From assembly GCF_006345805.1 (NCBI RefSeq), contig NC_043017.1:8370001-8434000 (forward strand): a stretch of DNA of 64,000 nucleotides, in the 5' to 3' direction. The notes beneath the pieces were generated by a model. It did no database searches and was not told the DNA's origin. It worked only from the letters and a program-made list of their open reading frames with translations. Source of the DNA: Octopus sinensis (Eukaryota). A program made the translations under genes and the position numbers. Of this stretch, positions 1 through 12,027 are shown piece after piece (the first letter of the stretch is position 1; every line of letters begins with the position of its first letter).

Positions 1-510
1 ATGGTTTTTTTTTTACTTCTTTTTTCCTCTTCTTTTTTTTTCCAAAAACTTTTCACAAAAATCTATAACTTGCTCTAATGTGATTGTTTCCTCAAAATTC
101 AAAATGGCTACCCCATGAATGGAAATATTGGACAATTTAGCACCTAACACTGATAGGCAGTTATTTTTTAACAACCTTATTGCCAATGAAAACCTCTGTG
201 TTTGTCTGTGCGGGTCTAACATATCACTGCAGCAATCTCAATGGTGTTATTTAGAAATATTCAAATGGTAAAACAACAATTTCTGTGTGAAGCAACACAT
301 TCCTTTGAAAAATCTAAATTGATAATGTCTGTCAAATTTTCAAACACTATTAGACTTTACATGTGAACTTCCCGTGACCTGTTGTGTGTTACTAAAATGA
401 CATTGGTACCGAAGTTGCAACTCAGTGGTACCTAAACATAAGTTCTTCAAATTCTACTAAAAAAAATGTGATTCTTCAATTTAATGTTAAATTGCTTTTA
501 TTCTGGTATT

Positions 511-700
511 CTGTTTCTTGTTTCATTCATTTGACTGCAGCCATGCTGGAGCACGGCCTTAAAGGGTTTTTAGTCACAGAAATCAACCTCAGGACTTATC
601 GGTCTCTTTTACTGAACCACTAGGTTATGAGGACGTAAACACATCAACATCAGTTGTCAAGCAATGGTGTGGGAGACAAACACAGACACATAAATAAATA
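511..700 (-). mobile_element. SINE family C, 3' portion
   Basis: Reverse complement of the 3' half of the full-length copy at 55835-56244 (CCAGCATGGCC.CAGTCAAATGA.TGAAACAAG). Confidence 0.8.
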
Positions 701-732
701 CATATGCTTTACATACACAGATACACACACAT

Positions 733-900
733 ATCGTTGCTATTATGTTAAACTGCCGTATGTCAAAATTTGGCCAAATATTGATTTTTGCTCACAATAG
801 CCGATTCTTTTGGTTAAACTGTTGTATCTCCAGTTGCTTCAGATGCCAAGATATCATAAATTGTAGTGTAGCACACAACATGGTTTCCACAGCTTGATGT
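733..900. mobile_element. MITE-like repeat fragment, related in inverted orientation to 52258-52487
   Basis: Shares AACTGCCGTATGTC.AAATTTGGCCAAAT and AATAGCCG.TTCTTTTGGT.AAACT blocks with the reverse complement of about 52380-52487. Confidence 0.6.
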
Positions 901-943
901 TCTTCCTAACTAATAAATAAATAAATAAATATATATATATATA

Positions 944-1008
<65 letters not shown>

Positions 1009-1329
1009 GTATGGTATGTATGTATGTAGTATGTATGTATGTATGTATGTATGTGTATGTATGTATAGTGAGAATTTACAAAAAAAGCAAAAGATGAAGA
1101 CAGGTGTGTAAACAACAAGCAGATGTATAAGTTTAACACTTGGGAAGTGAAAAAGTCTTTTACATTTCGAGCCTATGCTCTTTGACAGAAAGGAACACAG
1201 AAATAAACAGGGAGAGAAAATAGAAAAAAGTTTAATGGCTAGCGATCTATATCTATCTATTTATATATATATATGTATATGCATACATTGTGTTCTTGAG
1301 CAAAAGACTTCATTTCACATTGCTCTGCA

Positions 1330-1575
1330 AGTGGAAGAGTGGCAGAATCATTGGAGCATTGGCAGAAATGTATTACTGTATATCTTCTGTCTCTCTACAT
1401 TCTGTGTTCAAATATCACCTGCCTGGGGAAGGCAATGGAGAAACAACTCCAGTTTTCATCTCAAGTCTAGTCATGGTAGCCAAAGTTCCAGTAACCTCTT
1501 AAAGGTAACAGGGGAATGTATGAGGCCCCTGATGTCTTATATAGAGTGCTGGAGAAGGTTCACATGCACAGGGCC
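1330..1575 (+). mobile_element. Diverged SINE-B-like tRNA head joined to an RTE-5'UTR-like motif
   Basis: GAGTGGCAGAATCATTGG...CATTCTGTGTTCAAAT head is followed by GGGGAAGGCAATGGAGAAACAACTCCAG, which resembles the GGAGAAGGCAATGGCA.CCCACTCCAG motif of RTE/Bov-A elements. Confidence 0.4.
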
Positions 1576-1774
1576 TGCCTAAGGGAAGACCACCACTAAA
1601 CTAATACACACACACAACACACACACACACACATCAAGGCACCTGTTTCTGCCTCTCTGTCTCTCTGCCACACTTGAACCTTTGATCATCTGACAGAAGA
1701 TCACGTCCTCTTCTCTCAAAGGATCCTTATCTTGCAAGTTACTTGGTGACTCTGCTAATGCAAGTGCCACTTAA

Positions 1775-1950
1775 AAATCATCAAGTTCACACTGTAAAGT
1801 GGTCGGTATTTGGAAAGGCATTCAGCTGTAAAAACCATGCCATAACAGACACAGAAGTCTGGTGCCAATCTCCTGCCTGGCTGGCTCCTGTCAAACCATC
1901 CAACCCATGCTAGCATGAAAGGTGGACGTTAAACAATGTTGATGATGATA
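1775..1950 (+). mobile_element. RTE-linked non-autonomous element (family F)
   Basis: GGAAAGGCATTCAGCTGTAAAAACC...TCCAACCCATGCTAGCATGAAAGGTGGACGTTAAA-(GAT)n tail; more than 10 copies in the window. Confidence 0.8.
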
Positions 1951-1968
1951 TATACATATACATATATG

Positions 1969-2272
1969 TGGAGGCGCAATGGCCCAGTTGTTAGGGCAGC
2001 GGACTCGTGGTCGTAGGATCGTGGTTTCAATTCCCAGACCGGGCGTTGTGAGTGTTTATTGAGCGAAAACACCTAAAAGCTCCATGACGCTCCAGCAGGG
2101 GGTGGTGATCCCTGCTGTATTCTTTTACCACTCTTTCTCCCACTCTTTCTTCTGTTGGCCTGCTCGCTTAGCCAGCGGGGTGGCATCATTCAAAGGCTAA
2201 AACAATGCAAACGCATTGTGACCAGCGATGGGTAACAATATCTGATGGACAGGTCGGTCACGTGGTCACGTG
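1969..2272 (+). mobile_element. tRNA-derived SINE (family A), near full length
   Basis: tRNA-like head with A box TGGCCCAGTTG and B box GTTTCAATTCC, CpG-rich body, flanked by (TA)n. Confidence 0.75.
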
Positions 2273-3003
2273 ATATATATATATTAATATTAGTTTCAGT
2301 TCCTTCTGTGTTCTCAAGGATATTGACCAGCAAGATGATACCCCTGGTTTCTGTTAGCTGCTGTTTTCTCTGCATCCATCTGTGGTACTGTTTCTGTACC
2401 TCATAATTTTAATTTTTTATTTGTTTTCCCCTTCCACTGGTATCCATTAGAAAGCTATTTTAGAATGGCTTTGTTCTGGTGGCCAGCAATGTGACCCACT
2501 AGCTTTAATCTTTATTCTGTGATGATTTTTACTGAGCAGTCTAGTGTTGCCTCTCTTTAGGGTGTCTTACACATACACACGTATGCATACATGTATGCAT
2601 CACACACACTCATGCGTGCGTGCACACACACATTCATGCGTGCGTGCACACACACACTCATGCGTGCGTGCACACACACACTCATGCGTGCATGCACACA
2701 CACACACACACATAAATACACACGGCATATGTTCGTTTATTACAGAATTTACACTCTTTTGATGGCACAGTTACTTCATTGCACAGTTGCATCTTTTCTA
2801 ATGTAGGAATTACGATCACTACTTTTGGAAAGATGCAATACTTTAACATGTGTTTATTTGAGCTTGTACGTGTGTGTATGCATATATGCACATGTATTTA
2901 TGTTGCTTAAGAACACTATTATATTTATGTCTATACGCACACACACACACACATGCATATACATACAAACATACATACAAATATATATATGTATGTATGT
3001 GTG

Positions 3004-3035
<32 letters not shown>

Positions 3036-4050
3036 TACATAAGCACACACATGTATACATGCATATTACATGACTGTTGTGGGTTAGTGTGTATACCTAC
3101 ATACATACACACATACATAGATATATATACACACATACATATACATAAGATACATACATAACATACATACACATGTACATACATACAAACATGTATACAT
3201 ATACATACATATATACATATGTACATACATACATATGTACATACATATGTACATACATATACACATATATACATACATACATTCATATGTACATGCATAC
3301 ACACATACATACATGCATACATACATATATACATACATACACACATACACATGTACTGATAAGACAGGCTTCCATACAGTTTCTGTGCCCAACACATTCC
3401 ACCCCACAAACCAAACCGACCATATACAATATTATATATACTTAGCAACACTATATAACATCACACAGCTTGGCTATTTCCATTCGAGAATTAGTCAACC
3501 ACACCATTTGAAGTGGATTAATATCATTTACATGAGTGTGTTAATCTTACACTCGATGGCGTGTATTATTACGCGGAACAACATTACACATGAATGAGCA
3601 TATTGTTATATTAGCCTTTTATACACACAACAGCCTGTTTTATATACATCTATAGCATACATACATACATACATACATACACATATATATTTATGTATAT
3701 ATACATATATATATTTATGTTTATGTATATATACATATTTATGCATATATGTATATATATATTATGTGTATATACACATATATTTATGTGTATATATATA
3801 TACGTATATGTATGTGTATATATACATATATTTATGTGCACATTTATGTATTTATGCATGTATATATATATGTGTATATATACATATATTTATGTGCATA
3901 TATATATATATTTATGTGCATATATATATATGTGTGTGTGTGTGTGTATATTTATGTGTGTGTGTTGTGTATATATATATATATATATATATATGTTATG
4001 TGTGTGTGTATGTATATATATATATCTCTATATATATATATATATATGTT

Positions 4051-4100
<50 letters not shown>

Positions 4101-6019
4101 ATGCGTGCGTCCCTCTGTGTTTGTGTATTTTGTTTTGTATTATTAAAATTTAGCTTTGGTCTTCTCAGTAATAGATTTAGGTTTTATTTGTTGTTGTTGT
4201 TGTTGTTGCTGTTGTTTTCGGTCTGCTTCAGTTTTCCTTTATGTTGTTTGTACTTTTGTTGTTCGGTTATAGAATCCGTGAGTAATTTCCTGATAGGTTC
4301 CTGTACCCTGTAGAACGAGCCATGTGGTGTGTGTGTGTGTGTATGTATGTATGTGTGTGTGTGTACATGTATACCTTTATGTATCTGGCATGCATATATA
4401 TATATACACACATACTGGCACACACATCCACTCACACACACACACACAAACATCCACTCACATGCACACACACACATTTGTATATAGATACACATCCACA
4501 CACACATATGTATATGTACATGTGGTAAACAGTGAGGGTTACATGTTGCTTTTGTTTCATGTATAAACATTAAAGTCGTTGATACGCAGTGGCAGTGAGC
4601 ATGTATTTGTGTGTGTGTGTATACATGCATGTGTATGTATGTTTGTATGTGTGTACGTATGTGTATGTATAATGTATGTATGTATGTATGATTGTATGTG
4701 TGTGTTATGTATGTGTATGTATGAATGTGTGCACAAATATATGTATGTATATATACATACATATACATATTACACATACATATATACATATACATAATAT
4801 ACACATATATATATGTGTGTGTGCGCGTGTGTGTGTATTTATACGTATATTTGACCATATATATATGTGTGTTTTTGTGCATATATACATGTGTATATAT
4901 ATGTGTTTGTACATACATACATACATACATGTGTTTATACACACACATACAGAGGGTGGTGATGGTGGTGGTGGTGGGGACACTGTTTCAACGTCCAACA
5001 TATATTCCTCTATTTGTCAAGAATTCTCCCCAGTTAAGAAGCGAGTCTGTAGACTTACATTTGAATTGGAAACAAGAGGGAAAAACACTCACCATAGAGG
5101 TGTGGGTATGATTGATCACATATGAATATGATAATACATGGTGACTGTATATATATATATGTGTGTATATGTGTGTGTGTCTGTGTGTCACAGTCTCTTT
5201 CACACATACACACGCACACACATTGTCAGGAACAAAAGAGGTTTTTCTTTTTGCATTAAACATTTGTCATATACCGTTTCTTCAAATGACTAATAAATAA
5301 ATATATAAATAAATAAATTTTATATTTCTTTTCCTTTCTTTTCTTTATTTTTCTTTTTCTTTCTTCCACCTCTTTCTTTCTTTATATATATATATATATT
5401 CTTTTTTGCTTTCTTTCTTTTTCTTTCTTCATATTCTTTCTTTCTCCATGTCTTCCTTCCTTCCTCCCTTTCCTTCCTTCCCTCCTCCCTTCCTTCCTTT
5501 CTCCCCCCTCCCTCCTTCCCTTTCCTTCCTTCCTTCCTTTCTCTCTTTCCCTGCATTCTTCATTTGTTTCTTTCTTCATTTTCTTTCTGCCATTCCATCT
5601 TTCTCCTTTCCATTAATCTTCCATTTTTTCTTCCTCTCCTTCTCTCACTCCTAACGTATTTCTTCTCTCTCCCTCTCTCTCTCCTTCCATTTTTCCTTCC
5701 CCTTCTTTCTTCACTCTTTAAATAAAGGTCAGCCTTTGTGCCAATAAAGACAGAAACAAGTGCCAAACGTAGCCCAAACAACTGTCAACATCACCTGACT
5801 TCACAGAGACAAGATCTGAGAACATCTTACAAGTTTCTTATAATTTTCAACTTAACCATTTTGCGACCTCACCAATGCCAGTGCCATGGGAAAAACACTC
5901 AGTCCACATTGTAAGGTTGCTGACATTAGAAAGGGCATCATGATCATCATCATGATCATCATTATCACCATCAGCATTATCCTTTAATATCTGTTGTCCA
6001 TGCTGGCATGGGTTGGATG

Positions 6020-6236
6020 GCAGAATTGTTAGCACGCCGGGCGAAATGCGTAGTCGTATTTCGTCTGCCGTTACGTTCTGAGTTCAAATTCCGCCGAGGT
6101 CGACCTTGCCTTTCATCCTTTCGGAGTCGATTTAATAAGTACCAGTTATGCACTGGGGTTGATATAATCGACTTAATCCATTTGTCTGTCCTTGTTTGTC
6201 CCCTCTATGTTTAGCCCCTTCTGGGTAATAAAGAAA
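6020..6236 (+). mobile_element. tRNA-derived SINE family B, alternative-tail subfamily, inserted into a family F copy
   Basis: GGCAGAATTGTTAGCACGCCGGGCG...GAGTTCAAATTCC B box; 3' end TTAATCC.TTTGTC...AAAGAAA as in 35639-35868. Confidence 0.85.
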
Positions 6237-6239
6237 CAA

Positions 6240-6615
6240 GTTTGACCAGATCTGGCAAGCTGGAGAGCTGCACCAGGGTCCAGTCTGATTCGGTATAGTT
6301 TCCTATGGCTCAATGCCCTTCCTAATGCCAACCACTTTAGAGTGTTTGCTGGGTGCTTTTAACGTGCCACTGTCACGAGTGCCTTTATGTGGCACGGGCA
6401 TGAGTGCTTTCCACGTGGAACTGACATAGGACTGTTGCAGGCCAATTCTCATCACTAGGCGATGCAGGTCCTAGTACTTCTGCTGTGGAAAACCCCCGCC
6501 AAAACAGACAGTGAAACCTGGTGCAGCCCTCAATCCTTGCCAGCTGCTGTCAGACTGTCCAACCCATGCCAGCATGGGAAATGGACATTAAATGATGATG
6601 ATGATGATGATGATG
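6240..6615. mobile_element. Family F copies (minus 6240-6440, plus 6465-6615)
   Basis: GCCCTTCCTAATGCCAACCAC on the minus copy and CCAACCCATGCCAGCATGG-(GAT)n on the plus copy. Confidence 0.75.
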
Positions 6616-6680
6616 ATGCCAACCTGCCAGAAACCATCCTTTAGTTCTAGGATACAGGCTTTCTGTTTAACCTTCTAAGC

Positions 6681-6750
6681 CAGCGTTTCTCAACTGGTGT
6701 TCCTCGGAACCCTAGAGTTCTGGAAAATGTTCCTAGGAATTCTGCACAAA
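6681..6750. mobile_element. hAT-type MITE end fragment
   Basis: CAGCGTTTCTCAACTGGTGTTCC terminus preceded by an 8-bp site with central TA (TTCTAAGC). Confidence 0.5.
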
Positions 6751-6806
6751 CACACACACATCACGTACATATACTTACTTTCATATGCATTGAGAGACGC
6801 ACAATG

Positions 6807-6838
<32 letters not shown>

Positions 6839-8326
6839 CATACACATATACAATACATGTATATATATATATGCAAGCATTGGCACTTACTCCCCCCGCC
6901 ACACACACTCACAAAAGTAAAAAAAAAGCATTGAAACTCACAGACACACATACATGAGCTTCTCTCTCACACACACACAACCACATACACAGAGACAAAC
7001 TCTTACTCTTTCTTCTTTTTCTTCACCCCTCTCTCTCTCTCTTTTCCCTTCTTTTTCTCCCTCCCTCCCTCCCTCTTTCTCTCCCTTCTCTCTTTTTCTC
7101 CCTTCCTCTCCCCCCCACATAGATAAGCTCCATCTTCCTCTCTCTTATACACAGCTGTATGTATACAAACTTTCTGGCTGTCTCCCTTTCTCTTTCTCTC
7201 TCTTTCCTTCTCTCTCTCTTTCCTTCTCTCTTTCTCTCCCTCTCTCTTTCTCTCTCCCTCTCCCTTTCTTCCCCTCTCCCTTTCTCCCCTCTCTCTTTCT
7301 CTTTCTCTCCATCTCTTTCTCCCTCTCTCTTTCTCTCTCTCCCTCTCTCTCTCTCCCTCTCTCTTTCTCTCTCCCTCTCTCTTCATCTCTCCCTCTCTCT
7401 TTGTCTCTCCATCTCTTCGTCTCTCCCTCTCTCTTCGTCTCTCCCTCTCTCTTTGTCTCTCCCGCTCTCTTTGTCTCTCCCTCTCTCTTTGTCTCTCCTA
7501 TCTCTCTTTATCTCCCTTCTCTCTTTCTCTCACCCTCTCTCTTTCTCTCCCTCTCCCTCCCTCTCCCTTTCTCTCCCTCACTCCCCCTCTCTCTTTCTCT
7601 CCCTCTGTCTCTCTCTCCCTCTGTTTCTCTTTCTCTCCCTCACTCTCTTTCTCCCCTCACATACACACACATGCACGTTAATTCTTCACTGTGAAACACT
7701 TGTCATTATTCAATATTCTCTGCAGACGTTGCTCTAATTGTGCACATGTTTGTGCAGCCCTTCATAATTGTGCACCAAACTGCAGTTCTAATTAAGATCT
7801 GTTACCACCTGCACTTACGCAATTCTATTTTCCTATTTCCCAGTAACAGATCTCCGCTCTGTTTCTACATTAATGACTTGTAGGAACGTGATAGTTCGTT
7901 ATTTCTATTTCTACAGTTTAACTAATTAGCTTCTTAATTTATAATTACATATTTTATTCGTTAGATTTCATTTTGATCCCTAACGCTCTCTTGTCGTCTC
8001 GTTTTCTTTCCTTGTATGTTTTTTTTTGTATTATTTAAATTTATATGTACATACATGTGTGTGTGTGTGTTCATGTATGTGTTTATGTGTATATGTATGT
8101 GTATGTATATGTATTATGTATGTATACTTATGTATATATATGTATGTATATATGCATATATATGTATATGCATATATATATGTGTGTTTGTGCACACACA
8201 CAGACACATACATGCACATGCGCACACACACATAATGTACACATGTTTGTATATGTATAGTTGTATACATATCTATATGTAGGTATGTATGGGTATATAC
8301 ATGTATATACATTTGTGTATATTATG

Positions 8327-8358
<32 letters not shown>

Positions 8359-8454
8359 TATAGAGTTTAAATCATACTCACATATTACAAATCCACTTCC
8401 TCCTCCTTGAGCAGAAAAGATTATTATTATTAATATTTTTATTGTTATTATTGT

Positions 8455-8759
8455 TAAGGTGGTGAATGGGCAGGAGGATTGTTAGCACTCCAGGCAAAAT
8501 GCTTCACAGCATTTCGTCCATCCTTATGTTCTGAGTTCAAATTCTGCTAAGGTTGACTCTGTCTTTCATCTTTTTGAGATTGATAAAATAAGTACCAGTT
8601 GAGTACTGGGGTCAAAGTAATCAATTTATCCCCCTCCCCTAAATTTCAGGTCTTGTGCCTATAATAGAAAGGATTATTATTATATTATTATTATTATTAT
8701 TATCATTATTATCATTATTATCATTATTATTATCATTATTATTATTATCATTATTATTA

Positions 8760-8794
<35 letters not shown>

Positions 8795-9020
8795 GTTATT
8801 ATTATCATTATTGCACTGTCAGGATTGTTAGAATACCAGATAAAATGCTGAGTGGCATTTTGTCCATGTTTGCATTCTGAGTTCAAATTCCACCAAGGTT
8901 GACTTTGCCTTTCATCCTTTCAGGGTTAATAAAATAAGGACCAGTTGAGAACTGGAGTCGATGTAATCGACTTTCTCCCGCCCCCAAAATTTCCGGCCTT
9001 GTGTCTATGGCAGAAAAGGA
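8455..9020 (+). mobile_element. Two SINE-B copies embedded in (ATT)n/(ATC)n
   Basis: Head ...GTTAGCA...GAGTTCAAATT; tail CAGG.CTTGTG.CTAT..AGAAAGGATTATT. Confidence 0.85.
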
Positions 9021-9674
9021 TTATCACTATTGTTATTATCATTATACCTTGTTATTTCTGATGACCCTGAAAATAATGGACCAACCAACCACCCAACCAG
9101 CACACCTCACCTCACTCCTCACCTCACCTCACTCCTCACCTCACCTCACTCCTCACCTCACCTCACCCGCCTCCCCAATTTATACATATTCCACCCCTCC
9201 CCGCTTTCCCCATTATCAAGAAACCTCCCATTTGTTAGAAGTATTGGAAATCTTTGTTTGCCAAAATTTTCGTGCGGTGTGATTATGTCAGGAGCACTCG
9301 TTAGACTGCAATAATATTTCCTGAACCCCAGTTATTTATAGACACCATCATCATCATTATCATCATCATCATCATCATCATAATCATAATCAATGACTGA
9401 TTTACTTAGCTCCATTTATCCATTTGTTCTGCTGCTGCTGCATGTCATTGAACCTACGACTGTTTCCTTCAGTGTCAGACTGCGTTAACGTATTTCAGTG
9501 TTTTTCTTCTCTCGTTAATGTAAAGTCATGCTGAGATGTATCCATCTACTTATGTATCTTGGTTTCTTTACTTATATATAGATATCTATGATATTGATGT
9601 CATAGGTATTTGTTTTGTTTCATTTTTGGATTTGGTTTGCAAGATTCTTTATATGAGTTCGTGTGTTGAAGCAT

Positions 9675-9947
9675 ATTCTGTTGTGTCTGGGGAGAGTCAT
9701 TTTCTTTTTGTGCCTTATTATGTAACACACTCACCGGTAAAATTTCCACTTTTTTCTTATTTTTATTTTCCTAAAAGTTTTGTTGCGTCTTGCAACCTTT
9801 TCAATAGTCTTGAGTCAAAACTATTGAAAAGGTTGCAAGACACAATGAAAATTTTAGGAAAATAAAAATAAGAAAAAAATTGGAAATTTTACCGGTGAGT
9901 GGTATAAGGCACAAAAAGAAAATGACTCTCCCCAGACACAACAGAAT
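9675..9947. repeat. Long inverted repeat (foldback) with arms of about 130 bp
   Basis: ATTCTGTTGTGTCTGGGGAGAGTCATTTTCTTTTTGTGCCTTA...TCTTGCAACCTTTTCAATAG is mirrored by CTATTGAAAAGGTTGCAAGA...TAAGGCACAAAAAGAAAATGACTCTCCCCAGACACAACAGAAT; centre at about 9814. Confidence 0.95.
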
Positions 9948-10144
9948 TTTTTTTTTTTTTGTAAACTTTCAGCAGAATATGAACTAATTCTATTTCGCTT
10001 TTGTATCTGGTTTGCAAGATTCTTTATGTGTTGAAACAAAAATTTTTGTGTCTAGGAATAGAATTTTACCGGTATGCATGTTAATAACATTAACATAATG
10101 ACTCCTCCCGAGACACAAGGGGATGAACTAATTCCTTTTTAGAA

Positions 10145-10311
10145 TATCTTGAAGTGCACACAAAGCTATAAATAATAGGATGTGCATATTGAGTGGAAAA
10201 CCCTTTTGAATAGAGAAAGTCAAAGGTTTCCAGTAGGACTTGAACTCACATCTGTTGTAGACATGTCCAAAAGGTATTATTTATAGCTTTATGTGTGTGC
10301 ACTTCAAAATA
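10145..10311. mobile_element. MITE-like element with TIRs of about 35 bp and an internal B-box-like motif
   Basis: TATCTTGAAGTGCACACAAAGCTATAAATAATA ... TATTATTTATAGCTTTATGTGTGTGCACTTCAAAATA. Confidence 0.7.
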
Positions 10312-10480
10312 CAGTGATACCTTGCAGTATGAGTTTAATTCGTTCCATGACTGAGCTCATCGTATGAGTTACTCGTTTTACAAATCAATTTTCCCCAATT
10401 GAAATTAACTAAAATATAATTAATCCATTCCAGCTCCCAAAACCACTCAGAAATAATTTTTTATGGGTTTTAAAACAGAA
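10312..10480 (+). mobile_element. Tigger/pogo-like MITE 5' end
   Basis: TA|CAGTGATACCTTGCAGTATGAGTTTAATTCGTTCC, typical of Tigger-family termini after a TA. Confidence 0.55.
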
Positions 10481-10568
10481 AAGGTGTAGTTACAAGTAAA
10501 ATGATAATTATAAAAAAGAGAATGCAAAAGAAATATGTAAACTGGTTTTATTAACAGAATTACCTTAA

Positions 10569-10789
10569 CCCTTTTGTTACTGTATTTCTGTTGAGATGTT
10601 CTGTGTTTCTTTCAATTACTTTAAATATAACAAAGAATTTAGTAAAATGACTTAGTTATCATTCAGCTAGGGTTAGGAACATAAATTGTGACTAAAGTTT
10701 GGTGGAAGATTTTAATTCAAAACTTATGGAAACAAGATATTTGTACCCAGAGCCAGAGCCTGTTTTCAGCCGGGTTGGTAACGAAAGGG
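10569..10789. mobile_element. piggyBac-like MITE
   Basis: TTAA|CCCTTTTGTTAC ... GTAACGAAAGGG|TTAA: TTAA target-site duplication and 12-bp TIR with one mismatch. Confidence 0.85.
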
Positions 10790-10974
10790 TTAAAGATGAA
10801 GAGGAAACAACTGGGATTTATCACTTTTACACACACACACACACACCGTAACGTAAGCATTGTAAAATATATAAAAAGGAATATTTTTTTATACAGTGCA
10901 GACATTGATGTAGAACTCAATATATTGATCGAGTATCAATGATACATCAACGAACTCCACTCCTTCAAAATTGT

Positions 10975-11600
10975 TAGTCCCAACTTTGCCTTTCCTCCTT
11001 TCAGGATTGATGAAATACTGAAACACTGGAATTGATGTAATCAAAGAACTCCCTCTTCCCTCTTAAAATTGCCGGCCTTGTGCCATAATTAGTAAATTCA
11101 GCGTTATCATCTCCTATTTGTCACTTACCTGGCAATAAAATACTAATTATTATTATCAAGGTTGCAAGTCTGGCAGAATCGTTAGCATGACAAACAGAAT
11201 GCTTAGCAGCATTTCACCTGTCTTAATGTCCCAAGTTCAAATTCCACTGAGATCGACTTTTATTTCTCATCCTTTCAGGGTCAATAAAATAAGTACCAGT
11301 TGAGTACTGAGGTCAATGTAATCAACTAGCTGCCTCTTCCAAAATTTCATGCCTTGCACCTATAACAAAAAGGGATTATTAAGGGCAGTGAGCTGGCAGA
11401 ATCGTTAGCACGCCAGACAAAACGCTTAGCAGTAATTTGTCTGTCTTGATGTTCTGAGTTCAACTTCTACTGGGGTCAGCTTTGCCCTTCATCTTTTTGG
11501 GGTCAGTAAAATAAGTATCAGTCAAGTACTGAGGCCAATGTAACCAACTTCTCCTCCCCTCAAAGACTCTTGGCCCTGTGCCAAAATTTGAAACCATTAT
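10975..11600 (+). mobile_element. Three SINE-B copies (one partial, two in tandem)
   Basis: Same head, body and tail as the other B copies, joined through ATT repeats. Confidence 0.8.
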
Positions 11601-11634
11601 TATTATTTATTATTTTAAAGAAATTAAAAGAAAA

Positions 11635-11639
<5 letters not shown>

Positions 11640-11665
<26 letters not shown>

Positions 11666-11945
11666 TATCCACTTAACTTCTGATTTGTCTGTTATGTCCC
11701 AGCTCCATCCTGCAGCTTTAGAGACGCAACACTTTTCTCAACACATAAGCTGTTCCAAGAACTGCTGCCAACTGAGTGCTTCCTATGAAGTTTGCTATTT
11801 GCAGCTTTTGTTGCCAGAATATTGCTTTCTTTGAGATGGTTCCAAATACACCAATCACAATAGGTACCACTCACTTTTGAGACTCTGGATTCCTTTCACT
11901 TTCAATATGAGGTCTTGGTACTTCCTGATTTTCTCATCGTCTGTC
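11640..11945 (-). mobile_element. 3' end of an RLE-type (R4/Dong-like) non-LTR retrotransposon
   Basis: With one frameshift it translates to EKIRKYQDL...VVPIVIGVFGTISKKAIFWQQKLQIANFIGSTQLAAVLGTAYVLRKVLRL* (stop at 11718-11720), then a short UTR and an (AAT)n tail. This is the K..KY..L / PIV.G / LGT...LRK.L pattern of restriction-like endonuclease C-termini. Confidence 0.8.
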
Positions 11946-12027
11946 TTCATCATCATCATCATCATTTCAGGCCTTGTACTTTTAGTAGAAAGAATTATTA
12001 TTACTATTAGTAGTAGTAGTATTGTTA

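Larger units (their letters stand above)
913..5230. repeat. Dense (TA)n/(TATG)n/(CA)n/(TG)n microsatellite tracts interleaved with short unique or SINE segments
   Basis: Directly visible; source of the Y/I/C/V/H/T-rich spurious ORFs. Confidence 0.95.
5290..7660. repeat. Polypyrimidine (CT/CTT/CCTT)n tracts at 5290-5720 and 6955-7660
   Basis: Directly visible low complexity. Confidence 0.95.

Noticed and set aside
1969-2045. tRNA gene
   Set aside because: The tRNA-like A/B boxes continue into a SINE body with no acceptor-stem closure; the same holds for all other tRNA-like heads in the window.
2517-2537. TGTGATGA...CTGA C/D-box-like words
   Set aside because: The boxes are only about 6 nt apart, with no guide element or terminal stem.
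906-5263. Numerous long ORFs rich in Y/I/C/V/M/H/T
   Set aside because: They are translations of (TA)n/(CA)n/(TATG)n microsatellites; the same applies to similar ORFs across the window.
9057-9075. CTGATGA-CCCT-GAAA hammerhead-like word
   Set aside because: There is no room for stem II and there are no stem I or III partners.
11123-11134. ACTTACCTGGCA matching the U1 snRNA 5' end
   Set aside because: Only 12 nt match and no U1 body follows; better read as a minus-strand donor site.
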